This document shows positions 39,504 through 46,583 of a stretch of 46,583 bases of DNA, one piece after another. Position 1 is the first letter of the stretch. The number at the start of each line of letters is the position of its first letter. The notes beneath the pieces were generated by a model. That model made no database searches. It was not told the origin of the DNA and saw nothing but the letters and a program-made list of their open reading frames with translations. The stretch is taken from assembly GCA_945867235.1 (NCBI GenBank), contig CAMBHS010000003.1:1-46583 (forward strand), written 5' to 3'. The translations under genes and the position numbers were made by a program. The stretch is from Akkermansia muciniphila (lineage in GTDB: Bacteria > Verrucomicrobiota > Verrucomicrobiia > Limisphaerales > SXQI01).

Positions 39504-39644
39504 TACTATTGGCTGCGTAATGTAGCCGCCCTACGAGAATGGTTCCAGAGGAGGAACACAATCGTTCACTCCACAACAATCGCCGATTCCCATCCTCAAT
39601 GGGCTTGAATGCGAGGTGCAAAGCGGATTAGATCAGCATGTATT

Positions 39645-41027
39645 ATGGGATTGGCTGAACGAATATTAATCGAACTTCGGGGCTTGCTTGGCGCGGAAAA
39701 TGTGTTCACCTCGCGTGAAGACCTGATTCCCTATTCGTTTGACGGGACGGCCGCCTTGCAACAAATGCCGGCGGTTGTCGTTTTTGTCCGCACCACGGAC
39801 CAAATCGCGAGGCTACTGCAACTTGCCAACAAGGAAAAACTTGCCTTGGTCACGCGAGGCTCCGGCACGGGGTTGAGCGGTGGAAGCGTGCCAAGCGAGA
39901 ATTGCATCGTGATGTGTACGGTGAGGATGGATCGCATTCTCGAATTGGATCGCGCCAATTTAACCATGCTCGTCGAACCCGGGGTGACGACATTGCAGAT
40001 CGCCGAGGCTGCGATGGCGGCGGGACTATTTTATCCCCCTGACCCAGGATCGATGAAAATCTCGACGATTGGCGGAAATGTGGCGGAAAATTCCGGCGGA
40101 TTGCGTGGTTTGAAATACGGGGTTACACGGAATTACGTGATGGGAATGGAAGTGGTGCTTCCAGAAGGAGATGTGATGTGGCTGGGTAACAAATGCGTCA
40201 AGGATGTCGCCGGTTACTCGCTTAAAGATATTTTTGTGGGTTCTGAGGGCACATTGGGAGTGATCACCAAGGTGTTGCTACGACTGATTCCAAAACCAAG
40301 ATCGAAGAAAACAATGGTGGCGACATTCGCAGCCATGGATGTTGCCGCCGAAGCAGTGTCAGCCATCATCGCGGCTCAAATCATCCCCTGCACGTTGGAA
40401 TTTCTTGATCGCACGACGATTCATTGTGTAGAGGACTACGCTAAAATTGGCCTCCCTTTGGATTGTGAGGCGCTGCTGCTCATCGAATCAGATGGACACC
40501 CCGCCGTCGTGGCCGAAGAAGCGGAGCAAATGGAGATGATCTGCCGCAAACTCGGTGCCATCGAAGTGCGCGTGGCAAAAACTGACGATGAGGCCAACAA
40601 ATTGGCGAACGCACGGCGATCCGCCTTTTCAGCCCTCGCTCGGGTGGCACCCACCACGATTTTGGAGGATGCCACCGTGCCCCGAAGTGAATTGGCAAAG
40701 ATGATCCGCTTTGTGGGAGTGATCGCTCAAAAATATCGGCTGCGGATCGGGACTTTTGGGCACATGGGGGATGGGAACCTGCATCCTACCTTCCTGACGG
40801 ATGAACGCAACAAGGACGAGATGCACCGGGTCGAACTAGCGTTCCATGAAATTTTTGATGAAGCCATTCGACTCGGAGGGACGATCACCGGCGAGCATGG
40901 GATTGGATTGGCGAAAAAGTCCTTCCTACCCAAATTCGCAGGAGAAGCCCAGATGCGGGTGATGCGGGAACTGCGGGGCGTTCTCGATCCGAACCGAGTG
41001 TTGAACCCAGGAAAAATGTTCGATTAA
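39645..41027 (+). CDS. glcD: FAD-linked oxidase, glycolate oxidase subunit GlcD / D-lactate dehydrogenase family
   Basis: RGSGTGLSGG, YPPDPGS, TIGGNVAENSGG, GSEGTLGVIT, GHMGDGNLHP, GEHGIG, NPGK. Start placed at ATG 39645. Confidence 0.88.
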   Translation: MGLAERILIELRGLLGAENVFTSREDLIPYSFDGTAALQQMPAVVVFVRTTDQIARLLQLANKEKLALVTRGSGTGLSGGSVPSENCIVMCTVRMDRILELDRANLTMLVEPGVTTLQIAEAAMAAGLFYPPDPGSMKISTIGGNVAENSGGLRGLKYGVTRNYVMGMEVVLPEGDVMWLGNKCVKDVAGYSLKDIFVGSEGTLGVITKVLLRLIPKPRSKKTMVATFAAMDVAAEAVSAIIAAQIIPCTLEFLDRTTIHCVEDYAKIGLPLDCEALLLIESDGHPAVVAEEAEQMEMICRKLGAIEVRVAKTDDEANKLANARRSAFSALARVAPTTILEDATVPRSELAKMIRFVGVIAQKYRLRIGTFGHMGDGNLHPTFLTDERNKDEMHRVELAFHEIFDEAIRLGGTITGEHGIGLAKKSFLPKFAGEAQMRVMRELRGVLDPNRVLNPGKMFD

Positions 41028-41209
41028 AGCCGTCTAAACGATCCTAAAACGCCCCATTCTTGTGCTCCATTCCGACACCACGGGTGATCCAGTTCATACA
41101 CTATTAGTTGTTTGCATCCTTTTGCAGCACTTGCATCTGTCCCAATCGAAAAATGATTACCGTTACCTCCCCCAACTAGGTTTTGAATGATTATGCTTTA
41201 TGCTTTCGT

Positions 41210-41241
41210 TTCCTAAAAAACCACATTCCTAAAAAACCACA
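41210..41241. repeat. Perfect 16-bp tandem duplication TTCCTAAAAAACCACA x2, directly abutting a TTGACA -35 box
   Basis: 41210-41225 and 41226-41241, TTGACA at 41242-41247. A TTATGCT x2 repeat lies at 41191-41204. Confidence 0.85.
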
Positions 41242-41287
41242 TTGACAGGGCGAGACTCCTCCTGCACTTTCTTATGCAATATATTTT

Positions 41288-41698
41288 ATGGCTGAAGATA
41301 ATCCGATTGTGCCACCGTCCGGAACTCCGGCGACACCCGTTGCTTCCATTCCAGTCGTCTCGATTGCGACCGCTATCCCCCGTCCGGCTGAAGCCGTCAA
41401 GATTCAACCGAAGAAGGAAACAGTCAGAATCAATCTGCCACCTAAACCGACTTCTGCGCCGACCATAAAAATACCGACACCCGCCGCTGCAGTCCCCTCT
41501 GCGGCAGCAGCCCCTGCGGCTGCACCTGCTGCGGCACCCGTTGCCTCCGTTTCCGCTGCACAAGCGTCCGCTCCATCACTCCCCCGCCCCAAAACCGCCC
41601 TTCCCATTCAGACCAAGGTGGACAATGTGAATGTGGCACTCGCCGTCGCCGCCGCTGTAGCAAGCGTCGCCACGTTGGTACGTGTGCTCATGCTTTAA
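41288..41698 (+). CDS. Pro/Ala-rich hypothetical protein with C-terminal membrane anchor
   Basis: Low-complexity PA-rich body with a KKETVRINLPPKP motif and a hydrophobic C-terminal helix. Confidence 0.65.
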   Translation: MAEDNPIVPPSGTPATPVASIPVVSIATAIPRPAEAVKIQPKKETVRINLPPKPTSAPTIKIPTPAAAVPSAAAAPAAAPAAAPVASVSAAQASAPSLPRPKTALPIQTKVDNVNVALAVAAAVASVATLVRVLML

Positions 41699-41751
41699 GG
41701 AACAGTTGTCATTTTTTTATATCCGCCTAATTCCTGTTTTTTTGACCCTCT

Positions 41752-42084
41752 ATGGCCGCTGCAAATATTGTTGAGCTCAACGAAGCTAATTTCCAAACTG
41801 AAGTAGTCGCCTCCGCGACCCCAGTTTTAGTCGATTTTTGGGCTCCTTGGTGTGGTCCCTGCAAAATGATTGCCCCCGTTTTGGACGAACTCGCGACGGA
41901 ATTTGAAGGTCGCGTTAAGATCGGTAAAGTCAATGTTGACGATAATCAAAACCTCGCCGTTGAGTATCGAATTTCTGGAATTCCTGCTCTCCTCGTTTTC
42001 AAAGGAGGTCAACTCGTTCAGCAGATGGCCGGAGCCCGCAGTAAACGCGATATAAAAGCCGCCTTGGATCAAGTGGTGGGCTGA
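41752..42084 (+). CDS. trxA: Thioredoxin
   Basis: VDFWAPWCGPC, KVNVD, GIPAL. Confidence 0.97.
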   Translation: MAAANIVELNEANFQTEVVASATPVLVDFWAPWCGPCKMIAPVLDELATEFEGRVKIGKVNVDDNQNLAVEYRISGIPALLVFKGGQLVQQMAGARSKRDIKAALDQVVG

Positions 42085-42090
42085 TCGGGA

Positions 42091-43110
42091 TTGGGGAATT
42101 ATATGCCCCTCATCCTTACTCCAAGTTTTCTGGAAGCTCAATCGGCGTTGTATGCCCAAATCGGCACCTTGCAAAGGGCGGGATTGGGTTTAATTGCGTC
42201 TCTTCAAACAGTCTGCAAATCCCCTCCACAACGTTCTGTTGCGAGCTACATTCCGTTCATCATCGCTGAGTTGCAACAAGGTCAGACGTTTTCCGATTCC
42301 TTACAAAAAGCGGGCAGATCGGTGCCTGAGTTGGATCGGGCTCTGCTTGAAACAGGCGAAAAAACTGGGCGACTCGATCACGTTTTTCTCACATTAGGAA
42401 AATATTATTCTGATCGCGCGAGACTTCTACGCAAGGTTATCTCGGGTTTTGCGTATCCCGTTTTCGTCTTTCATTTTGCCCTACTCATTTTCCCGACATC
42501 AGCATTGTCCGGATTAGTTTGGAAAGGCGAGGTGTTCCCATTTATTCTAGGTAAACTCGCGGTTTTAATCCCGATTTACCTCATAGTCCTCATCCTGTTT
42601 GCATTAGGAACTGGTCGTTGGGGCACTCACTGGAAGGGTTTATTTGAATGCTTATTGAATGGAATCCCACTTCTGGGTGAGGCACGACGGAGCATCGCTT
42701 TGGCTCGATTAGCCTTGGCGATGGAAGCCTTGTTGGCTGCTGGAATAAATATAGCGGATGTATGGATCATGGCCAGTCGTTGCAGTGGGTCACCCCGTTT
42801 AATCAAAGCAACGACCGGATTCCCCACGGGGATTTCGGCAGGAAGAACCCCCGCTGAAATGTTACCAGAAATCAAGGCGATCCCAACTCTGTTTTGCAAC
42901 CTGTATCAAACGGGTGAGATTAGCGGAGATCTGGACAACACGCTGAATCGATTGCAGGTGTATTATCAAGATCAGGCGACGCGCCAATTTGAGACCATTG
43001 TGGAATGGTCTCCACGAATCCTATATCTTGTCGTGGTTCTCTTTGCGGCCTGGAACATTGTTTCTTTCTACGCAGGATATATTGGAGCAATTGGCAGTGC
43101 CATGGACTAG
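42091..43110 (+). CDS. Type II secretion F / type IV pilin assembly PilC family inner-membrane protein
   Basis: Two T2SSF domains (GEKTGRLD; GEISGDLD) each followed by TM helices. Likely start at ATG 42103. Confidence 0.85.
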   Translation: MGNYMPLILTPSFLEAQSALYAQIGTLQRAGLGLIASLQTVCKSPPQRSVASYIPFIIAELQQGQTFSDSLQKAGRSVPELDRALLETGEKTGRLDHVFLTLGKYYSDRARLLRKVISGFAYPVFVFHFALLIFPTSALSGLVWKGEVFPFILGKLAVLIPIYLIVLILFALGTGRWGTHWKGLFECLLNGIPLLGEARRSIALARLALAMEALLAAGINIADVWIMASRCSGSPRLIKATTGFPTGISAGRTPAEMLPEIKAIPTLFCNLYQTGEISGDLDNTLNRLQVYYQDQATRQFETIVEWSPRILYLVVVLFAAWNIVSFYAGYIGAIGSAMD

Positions 43111-43376
43111 TGAAATACAGTCATAAAATTTTTTACGGATTGGGAAGTGCGATCGCACTATTGACTCTGACATTCTGGTTTTTTGGCGGAATGCACCTCG
43201 GTTGGACGCACTCAAACGAGACCCGGATGGAGATCGATCCTGTGACCAGTCTTGAATATCCCGTTATCGAAAAGAAATTTACTCCGGGTGTCGATTTTCT
43301 AACGGTCGGGTTGTTGGCTGTTGGCTTATTTTCTATTGTAGGTTACGTTCTAAAACGAAAGATAGGTCCTCAATAA
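43110..43376 (+). CDS. Small two-TM hypothetical membrane protein (88 aa)
   Basis: GTG 43110 overlaps the pilC stop; two hydrophobic helices flank GWT...IDPVTSLEYP. Confidence 0.65.
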   Translation: MKYSHKIFYGLGSAIALLTLTFWFFGGMHLGWTHSNETRMEIDPVTSLEYPVIEKKFTPGVDFLTVGLLAVGLFSIVGYVLKRKIGPQ

Positions 43377-43379
43377 ACC

Positions 43380-43994
43380 ATGAAAATTGTATTCGCTCTA
43401 GCAATCAGCTTCCTCTCGGCTCACATGGCGTGGTCCGCCCCTATTGCCTTCGATTTCAAAGATCCGAAAGGTGTCAATAACGCGGTTTTTAAGTTGGATG
43501 CCTTGCTGGAATCCATCAATGGCACCGCTAGCGGCATTTCAGGAACGGTTCTCTTTGACCCGAGTTCACCAGGAGATTTGACAGGCAAAATTATTGTAGC
43601 TGCTTCGTCCCTCAACGTGGCTAATGCCATGATGAAAGAACATCTTTTGAGCGATAAATGGCTCGATGCAACAAAATACCCTGAGATTACTTTTTCTCTC
43701 GAAAAAGCGGGGAATGTAAAGATTTCCGGAAATGAAATCACCGTCGATGTTACAGGCGGCATGACGATCAAAGGCATCAAAAAATCGATCACGACACCGG
43801 TGAAAATCACGTATTTGAAGGACAAACTCAAAGCCCGCCTTCCGCAACTCGAAGGGGATCTCTTGGTCATCCGAGTCAATTTCAAATTGAAGCGAAGTGA
43901 TTTTAACATCAACCCGGGACAATCTGAGGACAAGGTATCCAATGAGATCGACATTTCTTTGAGTCTCGCGGGACAGGCACCCAGAACCAAATAA
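43380..43994 (+). CDS. YceI-family polyisoprenoid/lipid-binding periplasmic protein
   Basis: Signal peptide; WLDATKYPEITF, GGMTIKG, KRSDFNI. Confidence 0.88.
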   Translation: MKIVFALAISFLSAHMAWSAPIAFDFKDPKGVNNAVFKLDALLESINGTASGISGTVLFDPSSPGDLTGKIIVAASSLNVANAMMKEHLLSDKWLDATKYPEITFSLEKAGNVKISGNEITVDVTGGMTIKGIKKSITTPVKITYLKDKLKARLPQLEGDLLVIRVNFKLKRSDFNINPGQSEDKVSNEIDISLSLAGQAPRTK

Positions 43995-44005
43995 TTGTTC
44001 TCAAA

Positions 44006-44410
44006 GTGACTCCTACCAACCACCTCATTGAACTGCCCGGACTAGTGGTCACGGTTGATCGTGTCATGCATCAACCGCACCTAAAAACCCCGCCAGACCT
44101 ACCCAATTGCTTCGTCTATTATATTTCCATCCACAACAATTCGAATCAGATTGTCACGATCAAAGGTCGCAAATGGGTCGTTCGCAACGCGAATGGTGAA
44201 GTGACCGCAGTCGAAGGGGATGGCGTCGTGGGACAATTCCCAACCTTGGAGCCGGGTCAATCTTTTAGCTATAACAGTTTTCATGTTTTCGACACAGAAT
44301 TCGCCGTGGCAACAGGCAGTTACCTTGGAGTCACCTCCGAAAATCTACGAGTGATCACTCGCATTCCCAAATTCGAAATGCGGGTAGGCTCCATCAAACA
44401 ATCACTCTGA
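44006..44410 (+). CDS. apaG: ApaG-domain protein
   Basis: YYISIHN, RKWVV, VEGDGVVGQFPTLEPGQSFSYNS, GSY. Confidence 0.9.
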   Translation: MTPTNHLIELPGLVVTVDRVMHQPHLKTPPDLPNCFVYYISIHNNSNQIVTIKGRKWVVRNANGEVTAVEGDGVVGQFPTLEPGQSFSYNSFHVFDTEFAVATGSYLGVTSENLRVITRIPKFEMRVGSIKQSL

Positions 44411-44475
44411 CCAACCGTTTAATTCCAAAACATGGCGAAAGAATTCCCAAGTATCACCTTTGACAAATACCGCGC

Positions 44476-44769
44476 ATGCTGAGGAAAGACCCTGTTCTGA
44501 TCGGTTGGACACTGACATTACTAGCGGCGGTGACGATTACTGCTGCTTTTTGCTGTTGGTATCTAACCTGCTCAAGGCAATTACAAAACCTGCAACGTGA
44601 AATTGTCGCCATCAACCGAAACCGTGCCATCCTTCAAGCCTTGGGGAACGAATGCATTGAATACTCCAAAAATAATCCTGCCATTAACCCTATACTGCTA
44701 AAGGTTGGGTTGAAGGGTAAGCTTGATCCATCAGGTTCTGCATCACCCAACTTAAATGCAAAACAGTGA
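44476..44769 (+). CDS. Hypothetical single-TM coiled-coil protein (paralog A)
   Basis: N-terminal TM helix, amphipathic helix, EYSKNNPAINPILLKVG. Confidence 0.7.
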   Translation: MLRKDPVLIGWTLTLLAAVTITAAFCCWYLTCSRQLQNLQREIVAINRNRAILQALGNECIEYSKNNPAINPILLKVGLKGKLDPSGSASPNLNAKQ

Positions 44770-45145
44770 TCCATCGACAGGGACACCCGCTGAAAACAAA
44801 GCGCAGGAATCCGCCGATCTGCAGTCTATTGTTCGAACACTTCGAAACGCACTCCTTTTAACCATCGCTGCCCTGCTTCTGCTCACCGGCACATTCTGCA
44901 TTTACCTTTATCGCGAAGTCATTTTAATCCGACGCCAAACCGACGAACTCGCCCGGATTGTTATCGATTATCAGAAATCGGCTTTACCACAATTGCAGGA
45001 TTTCAAATCGAAACTTCACGAGTTCGCCAAAACCAATTCGAATTTCGCGCCCATCCTCGGGAAATTTTTCGGAACCAACGCCTCCATAACGCTTCCCTCA
45101 GTGAACAGCATTCCCAGCCTACCCTCTCAGCTAGGCACACCGTAA
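44756..45145 (+). CDS. Hypothetical single-TM coiled-coil protein (paralog B)
   Basis: TM helix, amphipathic helix, EFAKTNSNFAPILGKFFG; overlaps the previous gene by 14 bp. Confidence 0.7.
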   Translation: MQNSDPSTGTPAENKAQESADLQSIVRTLRNALLLTIAALLLLTGTFCIYLYREVILIRRQTDELARIVIDYQKSALPQLQDFKSKLHEFAKTNSNFAPILGKFFGTNASITLPSVNSIPSLPSQLGTP

Positions 45146-45243
45146 AACACGTTCAAGTTAACTGATCATTGAATAGGTTCCAGTCGTTCGCCAGACTTTG
45201 TGATTACCGAATTAATGGAATTATTTTGATGGGAAGTAGTCGA

Positions 45244-45259
45244 GGAAGAGGAGGGATTT
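45244..45259. repeat. 16-bp exact copy of the tRNA-Ser 3' end (att-like direct repeat)
   Basis: GGAAGAGGAGGGATTT at 45244-45259 is identical to 45914-45929 within the tRNA. Confidence 0.85.
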
Positions 45260-45317
45260 TCCCGTTTGAATAAAACCCCCGCTGGATGCGTCCCCATTAA
45301 AGAGATATTCTTACTCT

Positions 45318-45737
45318 ATGAAACCATTCACCATTGCAATCTTTTTATTCACGGTGACCGTCAGTTCGCTGTTTGCTGCTGATGCGAAAAAGACACCAGT
45401 GCCCGGCACCGATGACTTGAGCCGTTATACTGCCACTAAAGCAGCCGCCAGTGGAGGCACACGCACCACCTTTCAAGACAGCTCAGGTCGGTCGACCGGA
45501 AGCGCCACGGTTATTGGCGGCCGAACAGTGTTTCGTGATGCTTCAGGACGGAACACAGGGGCAGCCTCCAGCACAGGCACGCGCACGACCTTTCAAGACA
45601 GCTCAGGTCGGTCGATTGGCAGTTCCACGGTAATTGGTGGTCGAACTGTATTTCGTGATGCTTCAGGACGCTCGACTGGCTCCAGTTCAACCACAGGAGC
45701 AAAACAGCCGAGTGCCACGAATCAACGAGGACGCTAA
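45318..45737 (+). CDS. Small secreted protein with four 20-aa Gly/Ser/Thr-rich repeats
   Basis: Signal peptide (…SSLFA|AD); repeats RT(T/V)F(Q/R)D(S/A)SGR(S/N)xG. Confidence 0.75.
   Translation: MKPFTIAIFLFTVTVSSLFAADAKKTPVPGTDDLSRYTATKAAASGGTRTTFQDSSGRSTGSATVIGGRTVFRDASGRNTGAASSTGTRTTFQDSSGRSIGSSTVIGGRTVFRDASGRSTGSSSTTGAKQPSATNQRGR
45462..45701 (+). repeat. Intragenic tandem repeat, 4 x 60 bp with 120-bp higher-order period
   Basis: CTTTCAAGACAGCTCAGGTCGGTCGA recurs 120 bp apart (about 45470 and 45590); TTTCGTGATGCTTCAGGACG recurs about 45531 and 45651. Confidence 0.88.
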
Positions 45738-45872
45738 ATATTGGATGAATGCGGGAGCCTGGGTCAGAGGGCTGGCCAGTTAGGTTGCTTCTGAGCCACG
45801 ATCCAATTGGATGGTAGCTTCTTCAGAAGGAACAGACTGTCGATTGCAACCTACAGTATAGGTGCCAGCGCG

Positions 45873-45906
45873 AAAAAATCTTCGTCCGCCAAATTTTGAT
45901 GCGAAG
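45873..45906 (-). terminator. Probable terminator after tRNA-Ser
   Basis: Imperfect hairpin CUUCG...CGAAG followed by AUUUUUU on the minus strand. Confidence 0.45.
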
Positions 45907-45909
45907 CCA

Positions 45910-45999
45910 TGGCGGAAGAGGAGGGATTTGAACCCCCGGTACCCTTGCGAGTACGCCTGATTTCGAGTCAGGTGCCTTCGGCCACTCAGCCACTCTTCC
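45910..45999 (-). tRNA. tRNA-Ser (anticodon CGA), 90 nt with encoded CCA
   Basis: Acceptor stem GGAAGAG/CTCTTCC, discriminator G, CCA; anticodon arm CCTGA-CTCGAAA-TCAGG; long variable arm; T-loop TTCAAAT. Confidence 0.97.
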
Positions 46000-46116
46000 A
46001 AACCAAAATTTTTGCACGGAACCGTGTGCTAAACAGGACGGAACTCTAACGGGGGATCCATAGATATGTAAAGGAATGTTGGTTTTTTTCAAATCATTCC
46101 ATTTTTTACGCCTTGG

Positions 46117-46145
46117 TTGCCAGCGGCTCGGCTTTTCTCTAGGTT
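46117..46145 (+). promoter_or_regulatory. Putative sigma70 promoter (leaderless-type) for the PQQ dehydrogenase gene
   Basis: TTGCCA, 17-bp spacer, TAGGTT; ATG 46152 begins 7 nt after the -10 box. Confidence 0.55.
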
Positions 46146-46151
46146 TAGCGC

Positions 46152-46583
46152 ATGCCTACCTTTGGGATTTTTCTCACCGCGATTCTTTCGCTTGCCACCC
46201 TTTATGTTAACGCGGCGGATGTGAACTGGGGCGTATACCTAGGCGACAAGGCCAGCAGCCATTACTCGACACTTAAACAGATCACGCCTAGAAACGTCGC
46301 CAAACTGGAGATCGCCTGGACCTATAAAGCGGGAGGATCGGATGCAAAAAACCGGACGCAAATCCAGTGCAGCCCGATTGTCATTGACGGAGTTATGTAT
46401 GGCACCACACCCGATCTGCAGGCGTTTGCTGTTAATGCGGTGACAGGTCAGGAGTTGTGGCGTTTTGATCCCGCTTCGGACAAGAGTTTGTCAAAAGGTG
46501 GGGTGAATCGTGGATTGGTGTATTGGGAGGATGGCAAGGATCGACGAATCTTATACGCGAATGATCATTTTCTTCACGCTCTG
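46152..46583 (+). CDS. PQQ-dependent (quinoprotein glucose) dehydrogenase family, N-terminal part (truncated at window end; absent from the ORF track)
   Basis: Manual translation: signal peptide, then WGVYLGDKASSHYSTLKQITPRNVAKLEIAWTY, QCSPIVIDGVMY, AVNAVTGQELWRF, NRGLVYW. Confidence 0.88.
   Translation, partial: MPTFGIFLTAILSLATLYVNAADVNWGVYLGDKASSHYSTLKQITPRNVAKLEIAWTYKAGGSDAKNRTQIQCSPIVIDGVMYGTTPDLQAFAVNAVTGQELWRFDPASDKSLSKGGVNRGLVYWEDGKDRRILYANDHFLHAL

Larger units (their letters stand above)
45244..45929. mobile_element. Putative tRNA-Ser-anchored mini genomic islet or att remnant, no integrase
   Basis: Direct repeats 670 bp apart flank a single cargo gene; no mobility gene is visible. 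Confidence 0.55.

Noticed and set aside
43421-44023. 200-aa antisense ORF
   Set aside because: Shadow of the YceI gene.
44432-44482. 16-codon ORF (MAKEFPSITFDKYRAC) overlapping the start of paralog A
   Set aside because: No SD, distinctive composition or other support; likely chance.
45462-45701. Regularly spaced repeats as a CRISPR array
   Set aside because: The units are in-frame 60-bp codon repeats with synonymous variation and no unique spacers, and there are no cas genes in the window.
45702-45737. Frameshift truncation of the repeat protein
   Set aside because: The tail reads as an in-frame degenerate fifth repeat ending in GR; I saw no repeat continuation in another frame.
45780-46092. 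ORFs 45780-46001 and 45823-46092 (minus strand)
   Set aside because: They overlap the tRNA-Ser gene and are translations of tRNA and intergenic sequence.

Overview
A gene-dense bacterial chromosomal window of mostly housekeeping and accessory metabolic genes. The lineage is probably Verrucomicrobiota (PVC superphylum), inferred from a PVC-type CxxCH heme protein, an S8 protease with a PVC-style C-terminal domain and an MKSAYELAMERL-type small protein. It contains a sulfate ABC operon (sbp-cysT-cysW-cysA) followed by a deoxyhypusine-synthase-like gene and a Tat-exported glycosylasparaginase. Other genes are gmd, prc, a Ski2-like and a DinG-like helicase, an HDAC-family deacetylase, mntH-usp, apbE, ligA, a 1.6-kaa S8 protease/adhesin, glcD, trxA, an orphan pilC/gspF, yceI, apaG, tRNA-Ser(CGA) and a truncated PQQ dehydrogenase. 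I found no CRISPR array, rRNA, integrase or transposase. The strongest unexplained signal is an exact 16-bp copy of the tRNA-Ser 3' end 670 bp downstream. It brackets one gene for a small secreted 4x20-aa repeat protein and looks like an integrase-less mini-islet or att remnant. Also notable are a tandem pair of paralogous membrane/coiled-coil proteins, a translationally coupled TPR-Rieske-unknown operon, candidate Rrf2 and MntR operators, Met-rich minigenes inside the sulfate operon, and recurring leaderless-type promoters. All family assignments come from motif recognition, not database searches.
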